A stretch of DNA of 56,679 bases, the filler included, from Sphacelaria rigidula (Eukaryota): NCBI GenBank assembly GCA_964200075.2. It is 7 parts of 7 records of this genome, joined end to end, with 100 filler letters (N's around TTAATTAATTAA, not from the genome) between each part and the next. Parts side by side here need not be neighbours in the genome. Positions count along the whole stretch, not along the records: positions 24,337 to 32,347 come from CAXNAA020012649.1; positions 32,448 to 40,458 come from CAXNAA020012650.1; 5 more parts are not named here. One strand, written 5' to 3'. A model generated the notes under the pieces. The model was not told where the DNA came from, ran no database searches, and saw only the letters and a program-made list of their open reading frames with translations. Each line of letters starts with the position of its first letter. Position 1 is the first letter of the stretch. Made by a program: the position numbers and the translations under genes. Positions 24,337-34,563 of this stretch are shown here, in pieces.

Positions 24337-27300
24337 TTTCTGTGGTGTGGTGTGGTGTGGTGTGGTGTGGTGTGGTGTGGTGTGGTGTGGTGTGGTGTGG
24401 TGTGGCGTGGTGTGGTGTGCTGAGCTGTGCTGCGCTGGGCTGTGCTGTGGTGTGGTGTGGTGTGGTGTGGTGTGGTGTGCTTCGCTGTGCTGTGCTGTAC
24501 AGTACAGTACTGTATTGTACTGTACTGTACTGTACTGTACCGTAAGTGTATAATCGTGAAAGGACCCCGTGGTCGGAGGACCGCATGGGAGTTGGAACAT
24601 CCCCATGGTTTGGTCTAGGGATAGGGTAAGCGTTGGGGTTATGGTCAAGGGCGGTGTACCTGCAGGGACTCGCCCAGTTGGTCTCGGAAAACATCCATCC
24701 TGAGGTGTTTCGTACTACGGGGCGGTCCCGTGAGCACGCGGTTTTCTCACGCACTACACTGTACTGTGGTGTGGTGTGGTGTGGTGTGACGTGGTGTGAC
24801 GTGGTTTGGTGTGGTGTGTTGTGAAATGGTGTGGTGTGGTTTGGTGTGGTTTGGTGTGCTGTGCTGTGCTGTACTGTACTGCATCGTACCGTACGGTACT
24901 GTAGTGTACTGTAATGTTCTGTACTGTACTGTACTGTACTGTACTGTACTGTTCTGTACTGTACTATCCTGTAATGTACTGTGCTCTGTTGCTGTAATGC
25001 GAGAGCCGAGCTGTGCTGTCCTGTGCTGTGCTATGCTGTGGTGTGTTGTGGTGTGCTGTGGTGTGCTGTGGTGTGCTGTGCTGTGGTGTGCTGTGCTGTG
25101 CTCTGCTGTGTTGTCCTGTGCTGTGCTGTGCTGTGCTATGCTTTGCTGTTGTGTGGTGTGGTGTGGTGTGGTGTGGTGTTGTGTGAGGTGGTGGGGTGTG
25201 CTGTGGTGTGCTGTCCTATCCAGTACTGCACATCGCTGAACTGTACTGTACTGTACTGTACTGTACTGTACTGTAGTGTACTGTGCTTTCCTTTACTGTA
25301 CTGTACTGTGCTGTGCTGTATGTTTGTAATGCGTGAGTGGACCGCGTGCTCGACGGACCGGATGGGAATTGGAACGTCCCCATGATTTGGGTTAGGGATA
25401 GGGTTAGCGTTGGGGTTATGGTCAAGGGCGGGGTACCTGCGGGGACTGGCCCAGTTGGTTTCGCGAAACATTCATCATGATGTATTTTGAACTACGGCGC
25501 GGTCCTCTGAGGACGCGATCTTCTCACGCATGACAGCGCACTGTGGTGCGCTGTGGTGTGGTGTGCTGTACTGTGGTGTGCTGTGCTGAAGTGTGCTCTG
25601 CCGTGCTGTGCCTTGCTGTGGTGTGCTGTGGTGTGCCATGCTGTGCCGGGCTGTGGTGTGGTGTGGTGTGGTGTGGTGTGGTGTGGTGTGCTGTGCTGTG
25701 CTTTGGTGTGCTGTGCTGTGCTTTGGTGTGCTGTGGTGTGCTGTGGTGTACTGTGGTGTGGTGTGGTGTGGTGTGGTGTGGTGTGCTGTCCTGTCCTGTA
25801 CTGCACAGTACGGATCTGTGCTGTACTGTACTTTACTGTACTGTACTGTGCTGTATGTTTGTAATGCGTGAGAAGACCGCGTGCTCGAAGGACCGCATGG
25901 GAACTGGAACATCCCCATGATTTGGGTGAGGGATAGGGTCAGCGTTGGGGTTATGGTCATAGGCGGGGTACCTGCAAGGACTGGCCCAGTTGGTTTCGCG
26001 GAACATTCATCCTGAAGTATTTTGAACTACGGCGCGGTCGTCTGAGGACGCGATCTTCTCACGCATGACAGCGCACTGTGGTGCGCTGTGGTGTGGTGTG
26101 GTGTGCTGTGTTGTGCGGTGCTGTGGTGTGCTGTGGTGTGCTGTGCTGTGCTTTGGTGTACTGTGCTGTGCTGTCGTGTGCTGTGCTGTCGTGTGCTGTG
26201 CTGTGCTGCGGTGTGGTGTGGTGTGGTGTGCTGTGCTGTGATGTGGTGTGCTGTGCTGTGCTGTGGTGTGGTGTGGTGTGGTGTGGTGTGGTGTGGTGTG
26301 GTGTGGTGTGGTGTGGTGTGGTGTGGTGTGGTGTGGTGTGGTGTGGTGTGGTGTGGTGTGGTGTGGTGTGGTGTGGTGTGGTGTGGTGTGGTGTGGTGTG
26401 GTGTGGTGTGGTGTGGTGTGGTTTGGTGTGGTGTGGTGTTCCTTGCTGTGGTGTGCTGTGGTGTGCTGTGTTGTGCTGTGCTGAGCTGTGGTGTGCTGTG
26501 GTGTGGTGTGGTGTGGTGTGGTGTGATGTGGTGTGCTGTGCTGTGGTGTGCTGTGCTGTGCTGTGGTGTGCTGTGCTGTGGTGTGCGGTGCTGTGATGTG
26601 GTGTGCTGTGGTGTGCTGTGCTGTGGTGTACTGTGCTGTGCTGTGCTGTGCTGTGCTGTCGTGTGCTGTGTTGTGCTGCGGTGTGGTGTGGTGTGCTGTG
26701 CTGTGCTGTTATGTGGTGTGCTGTGCTCTGCTGTGCTGGGGTGTGGTGTGGTGTGGTGTGGTGTGGTGTTCCTTGCTGTGGTGTGCTGTGGTGTGCTTTG
26801 TTGTACTGTGCTGGGCTGTGCTGAGCTGTGCTGTGCTGTGGTGTGCGGTGGTGTGCTGTGGTGTGCTGTGCTGTCCTGTCCTGTACTGCACCGTACTGAA
26901 CTGTACTGTACTGTACTCTACTGTACTGTACTGTACTGTGCTGTGCTGTATGTTTGTAATGCGTGAGAGGACCGCGTGCTCGAAGAACCGCATGGGAATT
27001 GGAACATCCCCATGATTTGGCTAAGGGATAGGTAGCGTTGGGGTTATGGTCAAGGTCGGGGTACCTGCGGGGAATGGCACAAGGGGTTTCGCGAAACATT
27101 CATCCTGAAGTATTTTGAACTACGGCGCGGTCGTCTGAGGACGCGATCTTCTCACGCATGACAGCGCACTGTGGTGTGGTGTGGTGTGGTGTGGTGTGCT
27201 GTACTGTGGTGTGCCGTGCTGTGCTGTGGTGTGCCGTGCTGTGCTGTGCCGTGCTGTGCTGTGCTGTGCTGTGCCGTGCTGTGCTATGCTGTGCTGTGCT

Positions 27301-29970
27301 GTGCTGTGCTGTGCTGTACTGTGTGCTGTGTTGTGCGGTGCTGCGCTGTGCTTCGCTGTGCTTTGCTGTGCTGTGCTGTGCTGTGCTGTGCTGTGCTATG
27401 CTGTGCTATTCTGTGCTGTCCTGTACTGCACTGTACTGTACTGTACTGTACTGTACTGTACTGTACTGTACTTAATCGTAATTCTGTGATGTGTGGAAGG
27501 ACCGCGTGCTCAGAGGACGACATCAGAATTGGAACATCACAATGGTTTGGGTTAGGGATAGGGTTAGCGATGGGGTTATGGTCAAGGGCGTGGTACCTGC
27601 AGGGACTGGCCCCGTTGGTTTATCAAAACATTCATCCTGAGGTATTTCGAACTACGGCGCGGTCCTCTGAGCACGCGGTCTTCTCACGCATTACACTGCA
27701 CTCTGCATTGGTGTGCTGTGGTGTGCTGTACTGTACTGCACTGTGCTGTGCTGTGCTGTCCTCTGATGCACCGTACTGTACTGTGCTGTACTGTACTTTA
27801 CTGTAGTATTGTAATGCGTGGAAGGACCGCGTGCTCAGAGGACCGCATCGGTTATGGAACATCCCCATGGTTTGGGTGAGGGATAGGGTTAGCGTTGGGG
27901 TTATGGTCAAGGGCGGGTTACCTGCGAGGACTGGCCCAGTTGGTTTCGCAAAACATTCATCCTGAGGTATTTCGAACTACGGCGCGGTCCTCTGAGCACG
28001 CGATCTTCTCACGCATGACAGTGCACTGTGCTGTGGTGTAGTGTGCTGTGGTGTGGTGTGCTCTTCTGTGCTGTCCTGCACTGCACCGTGCTGTACTGTA
28101 CTGTACTGTACTGTACCGTACGTTACTGTAATTTTGTGATGCGTGGAAGGACCGCGTGCTCAGAGGACCACATCGGAATTGGAACACCCCCATTATATGG
28201 GTTAGGGATAGGGTGAGCGTTGGGGTTATGGTCAAGGGCGGGGTACCTGCAGGGACTGGACCAGTTGGTTTCGGAAAACATCCATCCTGAGGTATTTCGA
28301 ACTACGGCGCGGTCCTCTGAGAATGCGGTCTTCTCACGCATTACACTGCACTCTTCTGTGGTGTGCTGTGGTGTGCTGTGCTGTACTGCACTGTGCAGTG
28401 CTGTGCTGTTCTCTGATGCACCGTACTGTACTGTACGTACTGTACTGTACCGTACTTTACTGTAATTTTGTGATGCGTGGAAGGACCGCGTGCTCAGAGG
28501 ACCAAATCGGATATGGAACATCCCTATGGTTTGGGTTAGGGATTGGGTTAGCGTTGGGGTTATGGTCAAGGGCGGGTTACCTGCAGGGACTGGCCCAGTT
28601 GATTTCGGAAAACATTCATCCTCAGGTATTTCGAACTACGGCGCGGTCCTCTGAGAACGCGATCTTTTCACGCATGACAGTGCACTGTGGTGTGGTGTGT
28701 CATGGTGTGCTGTCGTGTGCTGTGCTCTGCTGTGCTATGCTGTGCTGTCCTGTACTGCACCGTACTGTACAGTACTGTACTGTACTGTACTGTACTGTAC
28801 TGTACTGTGCTGTATGTTTGTAATGCGTGAAAAGACCACGTGCTCAAAGGACCGCATCGGAATTGGAACATCCCCATGAATTGGGTTGGGGATAGGGTTG
28901 GCGTTGTTGTTATGGTCGAGGGCGTGGTACCTGCAGGGACTTGCCCAGTTGGTTTCGCAAAATATTTATCCTGAAGTATTTTGAACTACGGCGCGGTCCT
29001 CTGAGCACGCGATCTTCTCACGCAATACACTGTACTGTGGTGGGGTGTGGTTTGGAGCGGTTTGGTGTGCTGTCGTGAGCTGTGCTATGGTGTGGTATGG
29101 TGTGTTGTGGTGTGGTGTGGTGTGGTGTGTTGTGGAATGGTGTGGTGTGTTGTGGTGTGATGTGCTGTGCTGTCCTGTACTGCACCGTACTGTACAGTAC
29201 TGTACTCTACTGTAATGTACTGTACTGTACTGTACTGTACTGTACTGTACTGTACTGTGCTGTACTGTACTGTACTGTACTGTACTGTACTGTACTGTAC
29301 TGTACTGTACTTTACTGTGCTGTGCTGTGCTGTATCCTTTCAATGCGTGAGAAGACCACGTGCTCAAAGGACCGTATCGGAATTGGAACATCCCCATGAT
29401 TTGGGTTGGGAATAGGGTTAGCGTTGGGCTTATGATCGAGGGCGTGGTACCTGCAGGGACCGGCCCAGTTGGTTTCGCAAAACAATCATCCTGGGGTATT
29501 TCGAACTACGGCGCGGTCCTCTGAGCACGCGATCTTCTCACGCATTACACTGTACTGTGGTGGGGTGTGATGTGGTGTGGTGTGCTGTGGTGTGCTGTGC
29601 TGTGCTATGGTGTGGTGTGGTGTGGTGTGGTCTGGTGTGGTCTGGTGTGTTGTGGAATGGTGTGGTGTGGTGTGGTGTGATATTCTGTGCTGTCCTGTCC
29701 TGTACTGTATCGTACTGTCTGTACTGTAATGTACTGTACTGTACTTTACCGTACTGTGCTGTATGGTTGTAATGCGTGAGCTGAGCTGTGCTGTGCTGTG
29801 CTGTGCTGTGCTGTGCTGTGCTGTACTGCATCGTACCGTACTGAATTGTTCTGTACTGTACTGTACTGTACTGAACCGTACTGTACTGTACTGTATTGTT
29901 GTAATGCGTGAGCTGTGCTGTGCTGTCCTGTGCTGTGCTGTGCTGTGCTGTGCTGTGCTGTGCTGTGCTA
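24337..29970 (+). repeat. Composite satellite: ten ~211-bp TIR-bounded units separated by (GTGTG)n/(GTGCT)n/(GTACT)n microsatellite
   Basis: Units at ~24548-24758, 25325-25535, 25860-26070, 26955-27163, 27485-27695, 27810-28020, 28135-28345, 28469-28679, 28819-29029 and 29339-29549; ~37-bp TIR TGTAATGCGTGAGAAGACCGCGTGCTCAGAGGACCGC / GCGGTCCTCTGAGCACGCG(G/A)TCTTCTCACGCAT(T/G)ACA. Confidence 0.95.
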
Positions 29971-31444
29971 TTCGAAAACGGAATTCGGGTTTGCTCACCG
30001 GGGAGTAGACGCTCCAACATCTCCACTATTACCACCGACATGCTCGTGAAGTGGGCACCTGAATCCAACACCGCTTTGACCGAAATCGCTCCCCGCACCC
30101 GTTGATCGGGCAAATATAACTCGGCAGGGACATAATTGTCTTGGTCCTCGACCGGCACCTGCTCCTCCGACTGATTGTTCGTAATCCCCACTTGACGCCA
30201 CGGCTGCGCGCGCGGCGCAGGCAGAGACACCCCCGCTGGGGTCACCGACACCGCCGGCGGGTACGAAGCCCCGCCCGCAGAACCAAATTTCAGCTGTACC
30301 CCGGCCGGCGCAGCAGCGGATTCAAATTTCAGGTGAAACCCGGCCGGCTCCGCAGCCGGCGTCTCGCCCTGCTCTGCTGTCGGCGGCGCCGGCACCGAGC
30401 CCGACACTAGAGAGGTTGGTCCCACCTGCACCGCCCGTTGCGGAGCAGCAGCCCCTGCGGCTGGACCGACACCAGAACCGGACCCCTGCTGACGCCGCTG
30501 CCCCTGCTGCTGCTGCTGCTGCTGGGAAGTTGACTGTTCACCTCCACCGCTGGATGATCCACCGCTGCCGCCAACACGACTACCTGGTCTTTTCCCTTTG
30601 TGAGGGTGCGCGGCACTCGTCTTCCTAGACTCCCCCTCAGAGGGCGTTCGGCAATTTCGTGCGATGTGACCGGCCTGGCCCCACTGAAAACAAGTAAAAT
30701 TGGAGCCTGCAGATTTTGGCCCGCGGTTACGCGAGCTCAAAGACTGCGGCGCTGAAGTGGATGATTTTCCGAACACTTCGACCCGCCGCCATGCCTGAGC
30801 TTCGGCCACCACCGTTTCCATGACTAAATACGGGTCCGACTCCCAATTTGTCTCCTGCTGTAACTGTACAAGCACGGCCTGCTTAATTCCGCCGGGGCCA
30901 GACCCTCCACCATCGCTTCAGTAACCACCGCAGCGGGCCCTGAGCGAAATTTTCCATCGGACGAACGATAAATCATCTCTACGTTGGGATTTTCAGCAAA
31001 ATAAGTTGCCAACTTATCCATTATGGGCTCCACCTTCTCACGCATAGTCCTCCCCTTGTGGTTCATTGCGACAGCCTTCGCCACTGCCGCGGACGCCTGA
31101 GTAAGCTCTACCTCCGCGCCTGCCGCATGCCCTGCATGCTTCTTTATGGCTGTGGCCAACTGCAGCGGCGTGATGGTATGCTTTTCATGGAACCGCCTCG
31201 CGAAGACGCGCTGTAAGGGTGTTGGTACTAATTGCGCCATCGAAACCACCTGATGCCTCACCGCACCCCCTGCATTCGCATGCTCCACCCTCCGTTTGTA
31301 TTCCATGTATTTCGTGTAAAACGATCTAGAGGCACCCTCAGAATACAAACTCCCGTAACTGGGCGGCCGCAACTCTTCCCTTAGAACGACTGGGGTCACG
31401 GTTGTTTCCGCTGGCTCTATTGTCGGTATCTCAGTATTCGACAT
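29971..31444 (-). mobile_element. gag: Ty3/Gypsy-type element C gag and aspartic protease N-half (one frameshift near 30875), truncated by the array
   Basis: Gag ORF 31444-30824; degenerate zinc knuckle CFQWGQAGHIARNC; protease active site AVLDSGAHFTSMS; homology stops abruptly at 29971. Confidence 0.85.
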
Positions 31445-31754
31445 TTTCGAGCCGTAAATCGAAGATTTCTCAAAACCTTCTCGAACTTCAGTTCACCTGC
31501 TTACTTCGCCGCTCCAACACAGCCCTGGGGTCGTATAAACACCCACTGTGCGCAGCTCCAGCAAGTCTCCAGTCTGGATCAATCACGGGCCAGCCGCCTT
31601 TGCAGCTGCCTCAGCTTGAAGCCTCCTCACGCGTCCGTGAAGCCCTGTGCCCGAAGCTAATCACAGTTTTCCAGACTCTCCCTGCCAAAATGTTTAGCAG
31701 TGTCAAACGATAGCATCTACTAGCACGCCCAAGCACTAGCACTAATATCGATAT

Positions 31755-32347
31755 TGTGACGCTAGCAGGTTTGCTAGTACTGCAGCGTCTAAATGCTGTT
31801 GAGGGACTCCCCAGCTCTTCTGGCCTCAAGGTCTCAGTTGTCAGCCTTTACAACGCCTTATCATTATCTTGGAGTGAAAACTCTGCAACCCTGCACCATC
31901 TGGCCTGGGCTACACAGCAAGGGTCATCATCTACAGGATGCCCTTGTCCCCTGGTCATCATCCAGGATCCACTATATACTCAATCGTGACGGCGTAATTT
32001 CGCCACAGGGGGTATGTTATTATAACCTCTGTATGACCCGACCCGCTTACTAATAAACCCGGGCCAGTCAACCCGAACCGTCTTCCTGGGTATGTCACCC
32101 TGGGACTGTCATCCTCCAACCCCCAGCCTGGGATCATCATTCTCCCGTCTCGGGAGGTATCCCCGTGGGTACCTCCCCAACTCTGTCAGTTCTGTGCCTC
32201 GACCCAAACCGGCTTGCAAAGTCCGTCCTGTTCAAGTCCACGTCACGGCTCCGCACACCCCTTACCCTTTCACCGAGTGAGAAGCTACTACCCACACACA
32301 CACCGTCCGGGTAGGATAAGTCACACTCACTGTCCGACTGTGTCTTA
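31755..32347 (-). mobile_element. 5' LTR (partial) of element C
   Basis: TGTGACGCTAGCAGG...CCCCAGCTC is near-identical to 40396-40458, and the flanks diverge exactly at TGT, which defines the LTR terminus. Confidence 0.7.
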
Positions 32348-32447
32348 NNNNNNNNNNNNNNNNNNNNNNNNNNNNNNNNNNNNNNNNNNNNTTAATTAAT
32401 TAANNNNNNNNNNNNNNNNNNNNNNNNNNNNNNNNNNNNNNNNNNNN
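32348..32447. other. Artificial contig linker
   Basis: N44-TTAATTAATTAA-N44. Confidence 0.98.
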
Positions 32448-32495
32448 GCATTCGTTAGGTGCACCTAGCCACAGCTGCTTAACAGCTGCGGACAT

Positions 32496-32610
32496 TTGGG
32501 GGGGAGAGGGCTTCGCTCGGTCCTAAGTGTTTCGCGTCTTCCCTGCAAAAGAGAAATGCCACTTCAACCTCATTTTTCAGATGAACCCGATTTTCCAGGA
32601 TCTACTGTTC
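32496..32610. repeat. Dispersed repeat with a second copy at ~35211-35322
   Basis: GGGGAGAGG..TTCGCTC..TTCGCGTCTTCCCTGC.AAAGAGA..TGCCACTT.AAC.TCATTTT..CAGGATC present in both. Confidence 0.7.
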
Positions 32611-33223
32611 GTTTTGAAATCCTCACTGGAGGTTCTTGGGTATTCGCAATCCCCTTGAAGATTTTCGATGTTGGGGTCTCCTTCGAAGGTCCGTCAATCT
32701 CGAAATCATCTGAATTGGTTTCGAAGGCACTCGCGCTATGGAAATCCGGATTTTGAACAGCCGCTGCTGTTCGAGATAAATCCTGCATTCTCAATTTCTA
32801 TGAACAGCCGATTCGAATTATTGGGGTTGAACTCTGAAATGGGGCCCAAGTGGCATAATGTTCATGGAGGGATGACGCGAAACAGTTATACCGAGCGAAG
32901 TCATCCCCCCCAAAAACATTCTGCAGCAATTAAGCAGCTGTGGCTGGGTGTACCGAATGAATGCGGTGCACACGCGTGCCGATAACGATATCACCCAAGA
33001 AGGACAAGCAACAGCAGAGAGGAAGCCCCTTGCCCGTGTCCTCTGTGTGTCCTTGCGGGATTACCAATCGCTCGAGAGACTGGTATCATGCATGTACCAT
33101 TAGCATGTACCCATTTTCCCATGCGCCGGTAGGCAGGTTATATTGCTGCACGGCCCCCCAAAAAACATTGATGTGCGGAGGGATGACGTCTCTTCTTGTC
33201 TGTGGAGGTGACCAATGCAAGCA

Positions 33224-34563
33224 TCGATCTCTTTCTGCCTCTCTGTTTGGACAGGACGCGCCTCTGTGTGCTGCAGAATACGTCGTTGAAAAATAGGGCG
33301 ATGTTCCCGTCACCGCTACTGTTCTCTGTCACACGCATGCCAGCAAGGACAGAATATCTCATTTAAACTTGGGGGGTGTTATTCATCGTTGAATCTGCCT
33401 GACATGTGACCCTGTGCGTGCGTGACAAGAGCGTGCCACCCGTCAGCTGGGAGGGTGTATGAGAAATCAAACGCTTGTGGAGAACTTCTTGTCATGCGGA
33501 GTGAAAAAAGTACCTTTGGTGGTGACCTAACTGTTGCTGGCGTGGCGCATGGGGGTGCCTCCGTGCTGCAATCTTGAACACCCACTCACCCACCACGCGG
33601 TAGCTTTCGAGAATTGATTTCCACGTGAGGAGGTCATGCATTATAATCTGGGGCGAGTTTTGTTTCACCAGGAACAAGAGTGCTCTATGATCAACCACTT
33701 GTCGTTGTACTTGAGACCCACGACATCAGCCGCCGACCGCAAAGGTCTTGTGGCTTTCAAGAAACGCTGGCGGCAGTATGCCAGGTAAACTCGATCATGG
33801 CTAGCTTTCGTTGCTCGTCGTGTACACTGCACTTGAACCCCTCCAGGGCCTTGCGGCGTCATCCACGACTCTGCCAAACGGTGAAACGAGACCTCATTTT
33901 CGCTAGTTCGCAGGCACGAAAAGTGCAGCCGTATCGTGCTGCGCTTGTGTGCTATTTTTATGCAGACTTTATGTCCTTGTGAACTTCGTGTCGCATGTCG
34001 TATGTGTGTTGTATCGCTCACCATTTGTATTTGGGTAAGGTGATCCATCTATGTAGTACTGTAGCGTACTGTCACGTTCTGTACTGTACTTACTGTACTT
34101 AACTACCACAGTTGCTGCACCAAACGTGGAGGGCAATCGCCGAAAGACCGATATACCGCTTGCATTTTATTTATTTATTATGCAAATATCGATTTCTCTC
34201 TGCCTCTTCTTTTGGACAGGACGCGCCTCTGTGCGCTAAAGAAGAGGGCAATGTTCTCGTCACCGCTACTACTGTTCTGTGTCACACATATGCCAGCAAG
34301 GACGGTCCCCTGCGGCAAAAACAACAGATGATCCAATTTGAACTTGGGGGGTGTTATTCATCGTTGACTATACCCGACATGACATATCTGACCATCCAGG
34401 CGCCCGACCACAAGAGCCTGCCACAGGCCAGTTGGGGGAGGTGTGTGGGAGATCAGACATTTGTAGAGACCTCCTTGACATGCGCAGTGAAAGAAGATAC
34501 CTATGGTGGTGACCTGACTGTTGCTAGCGTGGTGCCGAGGGATGCGTCAGCTGCAATCTGGAG
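33224..34563 (+). repeat. Diverged ~360-bp direct duplication (33224-33580 and 34187-34563), exon-like
   Basis: Both copies start with a pyrimidine tract plus TTTGGACAG|GACGCGCCTCTGTG and share AACTTGGGGGGTGTTATTCATCGTTGA and TGGTGGTGACCT.ACTGTTGCT. Confidence 0.8.

Noticed and set aside
24337-29970. CRISPR array
   Set aside because: Repeats are 211 bp, spacers are mutually related microsatellites rather than unique sequences, there are no cas genes, and the context is eukaryotic
24281-30008. Cys/Val/Trp- and His/Thr-rich ORFs (VVWCG, HHTTP)
   Set aside because: Automatic translations of stop-free pentamer repeats, open in many frames on both strands
20121-31444. One Gypsy element (gag-PR at 30-31 kb plus RT-INT at 20-24 kb) split by the array
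   Set aside because: Order and strand fit, but the parts lie on different length-sorted contigs and no shared LTR sequence was seen
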